NCBI GenBank assembly: GCA_010093815.1
Contig: ML996581.1
DNA from: Pseudovirgaria hyperparasitica
Taxonomy: Eukaryota
Reading direction: 5' to 3' (one strand)
DNA length: 64,000 nt
Part shown: in pieces, positions 1 to 11,014 of the stretch
How positions within the stretch are numbered: the stretch's first letter is position 1
Layout of the letters: each line of letters starts with the position of its first letter
Notes under the pieces: generated by a model
Seen by the model: only the letters and a program-made list of their open reading frames with translations
Database searches by the model: none
What the model was told of the DNA's origin: nothing
Program-made: the position numbers and the translations under genes

Positions 1-1091
1 CACATTTTGGCATTTCGTGGGGATATTTACACGTTGGGGTCGGGTGGTGTGGTGGATGTATGAGTAATAATTAGTTGACATGTCGCGGCGCAAGATAAAA
101 GGGCGCGCTGGCATGAAAGTAAGAAATGTTTACATAGACAATACACAGAATTGCTTTTCTGTCGACCCCTCTCTTATCTACCCTACCTCCCTTCTCGCGT
201 TTCCACGATCACGAACAAGCCCATCTTTCTGCATCGGCGCTGAATGGACCCTTGGTCCATTCATCCGTCCGGATGGGAAGGTGCTGGCGAAACCTCCTCA
301 GGTTCAAGAATCAGTATCCGTTTGTTTTTAAAGCTAGATATTACAATTAGTACAAAAGTGACTTTGAAAGGAAGCGTGGCAGTGTGATGGATCAGAACCT
401 CGCCCGAGGGTGAATCTAACTGTACTGTACACGTTACCAACCCAAACATCGTTGAATATGATCGTTTGGCCAACACAGCCACGTCGCTTTGCATCGCATC
501 GCATCGCAACATAGTTCCAAATGTGGTGCTTGATTGACCTGATGATTCTCACAATCTCCCGCTAGAAAGGAGGCAAGAAAGTGAGTAGGAATGCAAAGCA
601 AAGCAAGGGACAGACAGATAAACAAGGAAAAGATAATAGCACCCCCGGGACCCGCACCCGATGCCCTTCAGACTATATCTATACGCGTATATGCATACGT
701 GCATATATTACACATGTGTGTGTAACAACGCATACGGGTTCCAGATTCATCAGGCGAGTTCTGGGCCTGGTCCTTGGTTCTAATGATGTTGCGTCATGGA
801 GTGAGTATATTGGAACGATATAGTCTAGAGGAATGGCAAATTCTGCGTGCCTTTGGTTTTGCGATAAGGATTGAGGGTTGAGAGGAGTGGTGAGTTTCTC
901 TTCTAGTCAAAAGATGTGTAGGCTGTTAGGTGTGGGTGCGCTTTTGTCAAGGCTATAGCTATGTATGTATTAATATATGAGGTTATGCATAGTTTCACAG
1001 GGTGAGTCAGAGTAATCATCTAAGGAATTCTTGGACGTTTGGATGAGACAGTACAGGGGAAATGATTGATCATTTGTTAGTGCTATTCATT

Positions 1092-1265
1092 CTAGATGAC
1101 GACACACTTGGATGGTAGGCCACAGGGACCGCCTTTGTCATGCTCTTTGCGCTCTTGCGGGCTAGATCCATTCTCCTGGTTGTTCGTCGCTGCTGGCGTG
1201 GAAGTGGCCCTGTCGTTACCACTGGCTGGTGGTGGTACGGGCTGCTTCTTCTGGCCATCTAGTCA
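1092..1265 (-). other. Putative stop-codon readthrough extension (TGA-CTAG) encoding a 57-residue tail ending in CaaX (CVVI)
   Basis: Stop TGA at 1265-1263 is followed by CTA G. Then 56 in-frame sense codons (LDGQKKQPVPPPASGNDRATSTPAATNNQENGSSPQERKEHDKGGPCGLPSKCVVI) run to TAG at 1094-1092. Confidence 0.8.
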
Positions 1266-2133
1266 CGCGAAGTTAACCTTGGACACAGCCTCGTAGAAGG
1301 CCTTGCCCTGTCTCTCGGCGATCTCGAGCTCCTTGGGAGAAGGCTGGCGCTGGCCCTGAGAGCCCTGTGACGCATCGTCAGTCAATCAACGCACAAAATC
1401 TCTAGTTTCTGCGGAGGGACGAACAGCGAATGTGCCTGCTCCCCATGGAGAGCCTCCATGAAGCTCGCTCACATCACTGAGCAGATCACCAGCCACCTTG
1501 TATCCGAGCGGGACGTAGATGAGACCGTGGTGAGCCAGCGTGCTCATCGCCGCAATGGCGGTGGATTCTTGACCTCCGCCCGGGGTGCCGGAACTGACGA
1601 AGAGACCGGCGTATTTACCCCATAGAGCACCTGTGAGAATGGGATGATGGATCAGCGAATGCTAGATACATTGCCATGGCTCATGATCAGGCGTACCTTG
1701 GCTCCATAGACCGCCTGTCTTGTCCCAGAGGACCTTCCACTGGGCAGGAAAGTTTCCGTATCGTGTGGGGATGCCGAAGAGGAAGGCATCGTATTCTTTC
1801 AGGGTGTTGACGTCGGTGAGGACTGGCACATCGGAGGACTTTGCTGGGGCGTGCATCTTGCCGAGGACCTCGTCGCTGAGGGTCTCTGGGACTCTTCATG
1901 GCAGTTAGCAGTGAGTCGTTCGTGAGCTTATGAGACTCACTGGTAGACCGTTACACTGCCACCAGCAGCCTCAATACCCTTCTTCTCAGCATCAGCTAGC
2001 TGCTTGATGTGCCCATACATGGAATACTGTGACGTGCAATGTTAGCAGGGATCGATCGTAAAGATGAAGAGAATGGTCTGACGCCGCACAGGAACTGAGG
2101 ACGTACGTAGACGATTGCAATCTTGGGAGCCAT
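1263..2133 (-). CDS. PST2: Flavodoxin-like NAD(P)H:quinone oxidoreductase, WrbA/Pst2/Ycp4 (Alt a 7-like) family, 205 aa, 5 exons
   Basis: Exons 2133-2107, 2026-1941, 1893-1697, 1630-1425 and 1364-1263 total 618 nt, with GT..AG introns. Translation: [20 protein letters not shown]...[20 protein letters not shown]...GGGQESTA...[13 protein letters not shown]...[13 protein letters not shown]...[28 protein letters not shown]. These are WrbA-family motifs. Confidence 0.95.
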
Positions 2134-2241
2134 GGTGAATGAATGCTGTTTTCCAAATTTCAGTGGAAATGGATATAAAGTCTCGATATTGGCTGGTATG
2201 GTCAAGAATGAGATATATCAATGAACACAGCGGGATCCCTC

Positions 2242-2247
2242 TTTATA
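2242..2247 (-). promoter_or_regulatory. Probable TATA box of the flavodoxin-like gene
   Basis: TATAAA on the minus strand about 110 nt upstream of the ATG at 2133. Confidence 0.5.
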
Positions 2248-2906
2248 CCTCGTCTCGGTGGGCTTGGGGTCGTACATGGCTACGCCGTCAACTTGCAAGT
2301 TCCGCGTATACCCCACAGACTTGCTGCTCATGATGCAGGAGACACGAGAAAAGAAGCACCGAGAACGAGACATAGCTAGCACAAAGCTCCAAAGAGCATC
2401 GAGCAAGTGGGGTTTAGCGGCCCAAGTTCTCCGAATCTGGCTGCTTAACCAACCATTACAAATGGCCGTCTGCCCCTCCAAATGACGTCCGAGCGCTGCT
2501 TGCGTGAGTTCATGCAGCGGGTTTGCAATGCTGAGAAACCTGAACGGATGCCTTGGTATGCCTGAGGCAGCCGCAATATGGAATCATCCTTGTTTATGCA
2601 TGCGTAGACACTATCTTGACTAAATGTGGTAGAATTGGGCTACTTGTCTATCAGATATTTACAGATGCACTCCATGAAAACCTCGACTGAATAGAGAGAA
2701 CCGTGTCTGGCATACTAAAGCCCCACATGTATTACTACGCACCATGCATGAATTGAGTTCTACTCATTAAACTGGACATGAATCTAAAAACGCCTGACCC
2801 TATCCTTTGGTATCTGTTAAGTATGCGAGAGTAATGGATCAACATTAATCAATCTCAGGAGACTACGCCCATGCTAAGAAGGCGTTCAGAAGCAGCGTGT
2901 TCATTC

Positions 2907-4020
2907 TCAGTTGTTGAAAGCGACGCTCGCGTTCAAGGAGATGGAGATGGTGCTCGCCCGCATCGCTTCCGAGAGATAGTCGATCTTGATACCATCCGAG
3001 TTGGTGATACTGTCGCCTATGATGTTGATGGGAAGCTGGAAATCGCCGTGCTTGCCATTCATGAGAATTGAAACGACAAGCGTCTGGTTCGTCTTGGCGT
3101 TTGTTGGATAGTAGTTGTCGCCTGGCCTCAGAACAAGATCGTTGATAAATGCCTGTCCGATGTACTGGTCTTCGCATGTCAAGTTGAACACAGCGTTGCC
3201 CAGTTGTAGTGTGGACACTGAGGGGTTGGGGATGTAGGCTGTGCCTCGTAGCGTAGTGCCGTCAGACTCTGGCATGATTGTGATGTTGTAGTCCTGAAGT
3301 TCAAAGCCCTTGAATCCATTGAGCCCCTTCTGAGTGACTGTCTTGTCGTAGTCGACATTAATACCGTCGAGGCCTTGTTGGTGGATAACAGTCTTCCCCT
3401 TGATTCCGTAGGAGTATGTTTCGCTTGTAACAATCAGTTTGTTGTACGCAATGAAAGCGTCCATGTCTGTAATTTCCAGGGTTTGGGTGATATTGATAGG
3501 GACAGCGCTTTGTACACTGGTCTCTGGTATGTGGAGTATACCAAAGGGCTTCTCGGGCTGGTCCTTGAGATAGAGTGACCCTTCGAATCCCTCAATTGTT
3601 GGGTGGAAAGAGCTTTTGCTGTGAGCGGTAGAGTTGATGGCAAGCTCAACACTGTTTGGCTGCGGGTTGGTCACAGCTTGAGCTTCGACAGTGAGAGTGG
3701 AATCATTTAGTTGCTGTTGTGCGATATTCGGAATACCGACATATATACTGGACATGGTATTAGACATATATTGACTAGAATAATAGGGCAACTAGCTGTG
3801 CTCGGTGATAACACTTGCATCAGGACTCGACTTACATGGGAAGCACAACAATCAAGATGATAGCAATCCACACCAACACATGTACCCACCACCATTTTGC
3901 GCAATGTCTTTTTGCCTTTTGTCCAAATGATGGTTTCTGTCCAGTTGGAGTAGCATCTGATCCTTCCCTGGAGAGATTGCTGAAACGCTCTGCTTGTGAC
4001 GTGTACTTATCGTCCGCCAT
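2907..4020 (-). CDS. Single-pass membrane protein, DUF3712 (Tag1/LEA2-like) family, 2 exons
   Basis: Exon 1 (4020-3836) reads MADDKY...KRHCAKWWWVHVLVWIAIILIVVLP, a TM segment after basic residues. A GTAAGT..CAG intron follows, then exon 2 (3747-2907): IYVGIPNIAQQQLNDSTL...KGLNGFKG...IPNPSVSTLQLG...LRPGDN, typical of DUF3712. Confidence 0.85.
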
Positions 4021-5953
4021 GGTGTCAGTGTAATGAGTCTGATAAAGAGTGAACGTATATAGAGAGGGTTCTCTGCCTATATACCAGCGAAGTATTGGAC
4101 AGTCACTTCGTAGACAGAATCACGACAACCGCACGGTGTAGAATTGGGACAGACCAGCCAGTATATAAAAAGCTTTGCAACGCACGGGTAAACGCCATAT
4201 TAGCACAGGCACGCAAGAGGTTAATGATGTGGATCCCGTCAATTCGGGCGGCCAGCATACTCATACTGGGACTGATCGTCAAACTTGAGTGACGTGCAAG
4301 GATAGGGGGTTGTCTGACCACCGAGCAGAATACCCTCTCACGCGCCACCACCTGGGGTGAATCTTGGTAAAATTCATTGACGTTTGCTGGTTTGTTGCAT
4401 CTAGAGAGGATGATGGAGCAGTACAGATGGCGATGCGCAGCCAATCAGCGTGGCTGAGAGTGACCTGGCTGCTGGACGTAGTATGAGGTAGCATGGAATC
4501 CGAGACAAGGGACAAGCTTTACCGAATGATTCGGTGGTCATGTCCTAGTCTGTGAGTGGTTTGCCAAACGAGGTAAGCCAGGCTGCCTCCATCCACCAAT
4601 GCACCCACATCCTTCCCCCCCCCTTCTCTTTGTGCAAGATACTCGGCGAGAAAATTTTGCATGTGCTCGCCCGCGAAGTTGTAAGTTGTATCATCATCAC
4701 CGTCCATCAAGGTCTTGTTTGCGGCGCCCGCCACCAGATCAGACGTGGACGTCCTAGTGGCAGTTGATGATACGGCGACTAGCGACGTCTTAGCTACGGC
4801 CCGCCTCATGCTCCTCAAGCCGACTTTCTCGCCATCAGCATCAAATTGCGTCGCAGTCTTTGTAAATGGGAGAAGGTTCGGCATAGGAGATGTCTCTTCC
4901 CCAGGTTACAGATCCACTTCCTTCCCCTTTGTCGCTTTGTTCGCTTGCAACTCAATGCCCGCAATCTCCGGGCAATAGTTCCCTTAGAGTCGCTTCCTCC
5001 GCCCAATACCATGACATGTCTTTGACGGAGGTTCCCCCGCAATCCCACCTTACTCCGGACAAGGAAGTAGGCATAGGCGCGGGCCAATCTGCAGTGGCAG
5101 CTGGAGAAGACCTCTGCAGTATGATCAGCTGCCAGTCGCCAGCACTCACATTTTGATGGCAACCACGTACCTGACGCGGCCAACAATTGTCAGATAATAG
5201 GAGATTGTAGGGCCGATAGGCGAAGCGGTGACAGCGGGATTCAATCCGAATCTGGCATAAGGTTCGCTTGGACACGGCGTGTCCGTGCAGATCCATACGG
5301 TAGTCTAAGGTGTGTTTCATTCTTCGATATTATCGCAGAGCCGGGATGGCCGCCTTGCGAGATCACCTGCACACTACATTGCATAGAAATGCAGATGAAT
5401 ATGATGAAGTGAAAGATCTCTTTTGAGGGGGCGATTCCTACCGTTGCACACGAGACCTCGGTCCCAAGCCAGAGCGGAGAAGGGCATCGCCATCGTTCGA
5501 TGCTGTAGAAAGATTATCATGTAACCCTCAATGCGACGGCAAGCTGGACCCGTTTTCTTTTCTTTTTTTGGTGTTGTTGCTGCTTCAGAGTCGAGATCTG
5601 ATACGATAGCGTCGTATGTAACAACTCTCTTCTCCACTTGCGCAGCTGGAGAAGTGGAGATGGAGAAGGAAATGCGACCTGGAGTTCCGCGGGGATCCCC
5701 ATGATCAAGTCTACGCCATGTCGCGCATATATGAGACCATAAAGGCCACGCTCGGCAAGCGCTGCCGGCGGTCGGGAGAGGTCCATGACTCCACTTGGGC
5801 ATGGATAGATGGTTGGGTCCTTACCTGGATGCATGCTTCTGCAGTTCACCGAAGAATTTGCAATCGCGAACACACTTGCCGTCACATTGTTCTTCCGGGC
5901 CCAGGCAATAGTCTGCTCTCCCAATCACCAGTCAGTACGCGCACCCCGCAAGC

Positions 5954-6904
5954 ATGTCATCAATAATTCCTGCGGACGACGAGGATGACTACATGTCAAT
6001 GATCATACCAGATGCAAAACCGAAGAAACCTGAAACCTCTATCCAACGCCGAGCTCGAAAGCAACGCGAAAATGAAGAACGTGCGCGTCCCAAGTCCAAG
6101 ACGGAAATCGAAGCAGAGAAGGAGAAGGCTCGCGAGGCTGCTCTCAATACTGCAATCGACAGCTCCAATAAAGGATTCAAGATGATGGCAAAACTAGGCT
6201 TCAGACCCGGTGATACCCTTGGGCGCTCTGAGACGGCTAGAAAAGAACCAATCAACATCAGTGTCAAAGATGACCGAGGAGGTATCGGAATGGACTCGGA
6301 GAAGAAGCGCAAGATAAGGGAGGCCGCAGAATCTGCAGAGAGGACTGCGAAAAAGGTCAAAGCCGACGAGGGAGACTACAGAGAGCGCATGCGAATGGAA
6401 AGAGAAGAGCGCAAACTCTTCGGACAGCTGAAGGGTGCCCAAAAGGTAGCTGAAAAGCTCGACATGGAACTTGAGGGACAGAACAGTGACGGTGCTGGAG
6501 ACACCGAGGCGCAATCCGTGATGATACAAGATAAGCCGCTGAGACAGATCAATGTGCTATATAGGACTCTAGAGCATGACCGACGCCATAAAGAGCGCGA
6601 TCGTGAACTGCGAGCTGAGCTACAAGACCGGCTTTCGAGCCTCCAAGCAGATCATGACACCGATGAGGACGAGGACGATCGCGTCGCGTTAGGCAAAACG
6701 GTCAAGACTTCACTTATCGCTGAGGACATTGACGAAGAAGACCTGGAGCTTGAGCAATTTGAGAGTCTTCCCCTCTCTGACCGTCTGCTCAAAGTTACGA
6801 GCTATCTGCGTGAGAAACACCACTATTGCTTTTGGTGCAAACATGGGTACGCCGATGACAGCATGGATGGCTGTCCCGGAACAACTGAAGATGACCATGA
6901 CTGA
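5954..6904 (+). CDS. GPATCH11: G-patch domain protein with C-terminal DUF4187 zinc motif (GPATCH11/Cmg1-like)
   Basis: Intronless 316-aa ORF. N-terminal EDDYMSM, G-patch SNKGFKMMAKLGFRPGDTLG...DDRGGIG, and C-terminal YLREKHHYCFWC...CPGTTEDDHD. Confidence 0.9.
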   Translation: MSSIIPADDEDDYMSMIIPDAKPKKPETSIQRRARKQRENEERARPKSKTEIEAEKEKAREAALNTAIDSSNKGFKMMAKLGFRPGDTLGRSETARKEPINISVKDDRGGIGMDSEKKRKIREAAESAERTAKKVKADEGDYRERMRMEREERKLFGQLKGAQKVAEKLDMELEGQNSDGAGDTEAQSVMIQDKPLRQINVLYRTLEHDRRHKERDRELRAELQDRLSSLQADHDTDEDEDDRVALGKTVKTSLIAEDIDEEDLELEQFESLPLSDRLLKVTSYLREKHHYCFWCKHGYADDSMDGCPGTTEDDHD

Positions 6905-7221
6905 CACAGTGTCTATTCAAAATTCAAACACTATGACGACTGGGTGACTTGATGCTAACTCTGAATGTTTGCTCCGTCGCTGAATGGACGCTCTGCCGCT
7001 CAAGGTATTTTCAGGATAGACAAGTGTAGACCTCCTGGTTATTTTCCACTTCAACATTGTAAGCCATAGAACACGTTCTAGCCAGTCAGGAAATTGACGT
7101 CCTGGCACTCTACACAATAACAACAGCAATGTAAACATGTGCACAAACTCGTAGCAATGAAATTGGGTTGCACAAGTTGACTTGATGGATGCAGCTCACT
7201 GGACCATACCTGCACGTGACA

Positions 7222-7227
7222 ACGCGT
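7222..7227 (+). promoter_or_regulatory. MCB element (ACGCGT) upstream of ORC3
   Basis: ACGCGT about 130 nt upstream of the ORC3 ATG, with a related TCGCGT near 7256. Consistent with G1/S (MBF) control of a replication gene. Confidence 0.45.
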
Positions 7228-7353
7228 TAAACTAAAAGTGAAGTTCGACCGTGCATCGCGTGCAACCTGGAGTGCTGTGTCTAAAAGCCATTTGCACATT
7301 CTTGCTGGACGAGAAATGTCGCAGCGCTCTGATCTGTCTGTGAGTCAATTGCA

Positions 7354-9663
7354 ATGGATCAAGAAAAATGTCGAGTTTTCGTGCCAAGTCGCGATCGAGA
7401 CAGAGTCCCTAAGAGAAGACGTGGTGCGCAAAGCGAATCGACCGACGCAATACAACAAAGACTAGAGTTATATCGAAGTTTGTGGACATCAGTAGAACGT
7501 CAGCTTACGGTAAGTACGGCCTTCATTGATGCTGCGCGCGCTAATCAGAATGTTCAGGCTATCTTACAGCAAGCACATGTGGCAGCTATTGAGGAGCTCC
7601 ATAAATTCATTCTGAGCGATGCGAATCAATACCGAAGCCACAATCTCATTCCAACTGGACTCATTGTCACGGATCCGAATTTGACACTACGTAGTTCCTT
7701 CTTTGATCGATTGCATCTAGACGTCAAAGAAGATCAGAAAGCGGCTTTCATCCCTTTGAGTTCCGGATCATGTCCAAATCTCAAAGCACTGTTGAGAGAA
7801 GTGAACAGGTCATCTGCTAATCTTTCCTCCGAGGATGATGCCAATGAGATGAAGAACGAGACTAGGCTGTTTGACTATGACCTAGAGGCTATCAGGCAAC
7901 AGTATGCCAAGGGGGCCGCAGAGAATGTCATCATCGCATTCCAAGATAGCGAGGCTTTCGATTCTTCAGTACTTGTCCAGGCTATCGATATATTCCAGTG
8001 AGTATGTCTTGAACTTGGTATATGTAAATCTCACCCCTACGCAGCTCATGGCTAGATCGTATACCATTCGTGCTTCTCTTCGGCATTGGGACCTCCACCG
8101 ATACCTTCCAAGAACGGCTCCCGGCTGCTACGCTACGAGTTCTTAAGGGAGAGAAATTTATCCTCAAGGACTCTGCAGAGACTCTTCAGGACTTATTCTT
8201 AGCCACCGTAGATGGCCCAGACGTGCGGCTTCGCCTTGGTCCTGACCTTGCGTCTCGGATGCTGAGAAATCAGGAAGAGCATGTCCAAAGCCTTGGCACA
8301 TTCTGCGATTCCGTCAAAGTAAGTTCACAAAGTAAGTTTGTCTCGATGCAGATCTGTAGTACTGATCATGCAGTATGCATACATGTCCCACTTCTACGCC
8401 AATGCGGCCAGCATTGTGCTCGGCGGCGCTAAGTTCAAGGAACTACCTAAGAGTGTTTTCGAAGCCATCCGCAACCTTCCTTCGTACCGAAGGTACGTAA
8501 AGTCTTCCACAATGTCAAATAATAAGTCTCTTAATTCTTTAGATGGGCCGAACAAGAGCTCGATCAGTCGCATCCCGTGGTTGTACGGAAATCGTTAGAG
8601 TCAGACTCCTTCCTTCTTGAGATTACGAAGAAACATCTGGTCTCCTCCAATGCAGCCATAGCAAGACTTGTGGATGCTACAGCAGTCATAGCAGCTATTA
8701 GGCGGTGCAACCAACAAAGTTCCGCTGCGCACGTTGCTCGGTCTGAGTTGTACGTACGTGCGATGACAGGAGAGCTTGCCGGGGCACCACTACTGCGAGA
8801 AACAATGATGTCCGTCAGGAGAGCATCCTCGGACGTCCTTGATCTTGTCCTCACTGCCCTCCTCGAATTGGGCGAGCAATGTCCGATCAATGCAACGAGC
8901 TACAAGGCGCAACTAGAGGAACTGTCAACACAAAACCCCAATCAATCAGGTCCCCTCCGAAGCCAGCATGGTGAGACAATTCGTACTACAGTGGTGTCAC
9001 AGAAGGTGCAGCTCAGCAAACACAAAGCATCTCTTACGAAGGCCGACGCAGATTACGCCGAGCTCTTGGAGTCAGTCAGTGGTGAGCTAGGGGCGTATTT
9101 TGATGAGACTCTCGTGGACCCTCGAAAGCTGTTCCTTTATGAAATACTAGTCTACGACTTGAAGTCGCCACACTTGGATGTCTTCCAGCCTCGGCCACGA
9201 TTCTCATTAGAAAGAGCTTTGTACTCGCCGCATGACTATCTCAACTGTGACTGCTGTCCATCTCTCCAAAACAGGAACAACGATGATGTGTGTATGGCCC
9301 TAGGCTTTTTGATAATTATTGCTAATGGCGCGAAGAACACATTGGCTCCAACACAGCCCGCAACTTCTATTTTATACCAATTGTATCTAGAGTCCGGCTC
9401 ACTGATCAATGCGAGCGACCTGTGGTCAGCCTATCATGCAATAGTGGGTGCCGACGACGATAATGATGATGATGACAACGATGAGGTATTAGCACAACAT
9501 CAGTAAGTAATTTCCATGACGGATATGTCAGAGGCACGTATTAAAGCTTCCATGTAGGGCTCTGTTTCAGAGGGGTCTTGCTGAATTGAGATATCTTGGG
9601 ATCATCAAGCCGACGAAAAAGAAAGCCGATCACATCGCCAAAGCTACTTGGAGAGGCCTTTAA
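7354..9663 (+). CDS. ORC3: Origin recognition complex subunit 3, about 7 exons
   Basis: Approximate introns: 7510-7557, 7998-8044, 8319-8373, 8493-8542, ~9288-9335, ~9503-9557. Motifs IIAFQDSEAFD, SWLDRIPFVLLFGIGTS, YAYMSHFYAN, PRPRFSLERALYSPHDYLNCDCC, LYLESGSLINASDLW, FQRGLAELRYLGIIKPTKKKADH...TWRGL*. Confidence 0.93.
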
Positions 9664-9745
9664 GTTGCCTATAGCCTCCGAGCAATAACACGACCTCACA
9701 AACCACCTTACTCCCACTACGCCTCTACGATATGATCAGCGCCAA

Positions 9746-10373
9746 TCAGCTCTTCTGCCTCGGCGCCGTGTCACACAACTCCCCGCAATTTTTGCACGTT
9801 CTCGCCTCCGTGTCCTCCTTGAACTGATTCACAGCCGCCTTGATCTGCGTTCCCAGATCCGTGCAATGGAAGGCAGCTTCATGCACGATTTCCTCGCAGC
9901 TCTGGCAATACCACCGTAAGCGATCAATCGAGTCCTTGGGCCGATGTTGCTCGATCACGATACCGACCGTGTCCGCGAAGCGAACGGGGTTGTGTGGCGT
10001 GTTGGCTGGGAGCAGGAACATCTCGCCCTCGTCGATGTAAATGTCTCTAAACTTGCCGTCGTCGACCGTCTTCAGAAGCATGCGGCCTTTGTACTGGTAG
10101 AACCACTCAGGAGTCTCGTTGATATGGTAGTCGGTACGGGCATTTGGGCCACCGACAATCTTTGGTGACGTCAGCAGGGCGGATGTCATTGGCACGAAAC
10201 GGACATACCATTACAGTGACATCCTCGTTGTACACGCAATAGTTGTTGATGGGTGGCTTGAGGAGGTGGCCGTTCTCTTCTAGCCTATGATCACGATGAG
10301 CTTATGAGCAGCATACTGGACAGTCCAAGAGATAGACATACCACTTGGGCATGTTGATCGGTTTGGCGAGCAT
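9746..10373 (-). CDS. BNA1: 3-hydroxyanthranilate 3,4-dioxygenase (kynurenine/NAD pathway), 3 exons
   Basis: [61 protein letters not shown]...[13 protein letters not shown]...RWYCQSC...FHCTDLGTQ...CKNCG. Confidence 0.96.
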
Positions 10374-11014
10374 GTTCCGACGCGACGTGCAGGAGATGTA
10401 TCTTCTAGGCGGATTTTGCTCGGAGAATGGAGTTTTGATATATGGCGAAGCAGCCGACGTCGATTTCGCGTGAGGGAATCCTCGATATATTGGTAGTTTC
10501 CGAGCTAGTGAGGTCGTGAAGCGTACGTCTCTCAATGATCTCATGGATAGACGGCCGGGCTCATCCAAGGCTGTTGTGAAGTAAGACCTAAATATCACTC
10601 AGTCTCATATCATGGCGTGATTGACGTATTCGAATATTTAGTTTCGGCCGGGTACATGCGCAGAGCTGCTGAGCACTCAGGCACGGGCCGTTGTTCTACT
10701 TAGTAAGGTATCGACCGCTTGGATATCGGAACACCACATGATCCAGCAACATTCAGTCTCGTGTAAACATCCGCACTACCATTTATGAGTAAGGAAGACT
10801 GCTCGACTCCATGATCCAATGGGCATAAAACGAGGTGCTTGTGTTTTCCGTCGTGGGGCTGTTCTGCCCCGCTTTTGGCACGCTACGGCGTCCCGGCTTG
10901 CGAGAGACCCTGCGCCGCAGCTCGACGGCGAGACATGCTGCGTTACGCAAGCAATCCCTCAGCTTCACATACGCACTCAACCACCTCCGCAGCCCTAGCA
11001 CATATCTATACAAT

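Noticed and set aside
1..13. Possible minus-strand gene start ATGCCAAAATGTG at the window edge
   Set aside because: Only 13 nt are visible, so it cannot be supported.
1070..1258. 62-aa ORF MARRSSPY... just after the flavodoxin stop, or an alternative acceptor CTAG|ATG
   Set aside because: It is in a different frame from the CaaX tail and has no features. Splicing to it would delete the conserved last helix of the enzyme.
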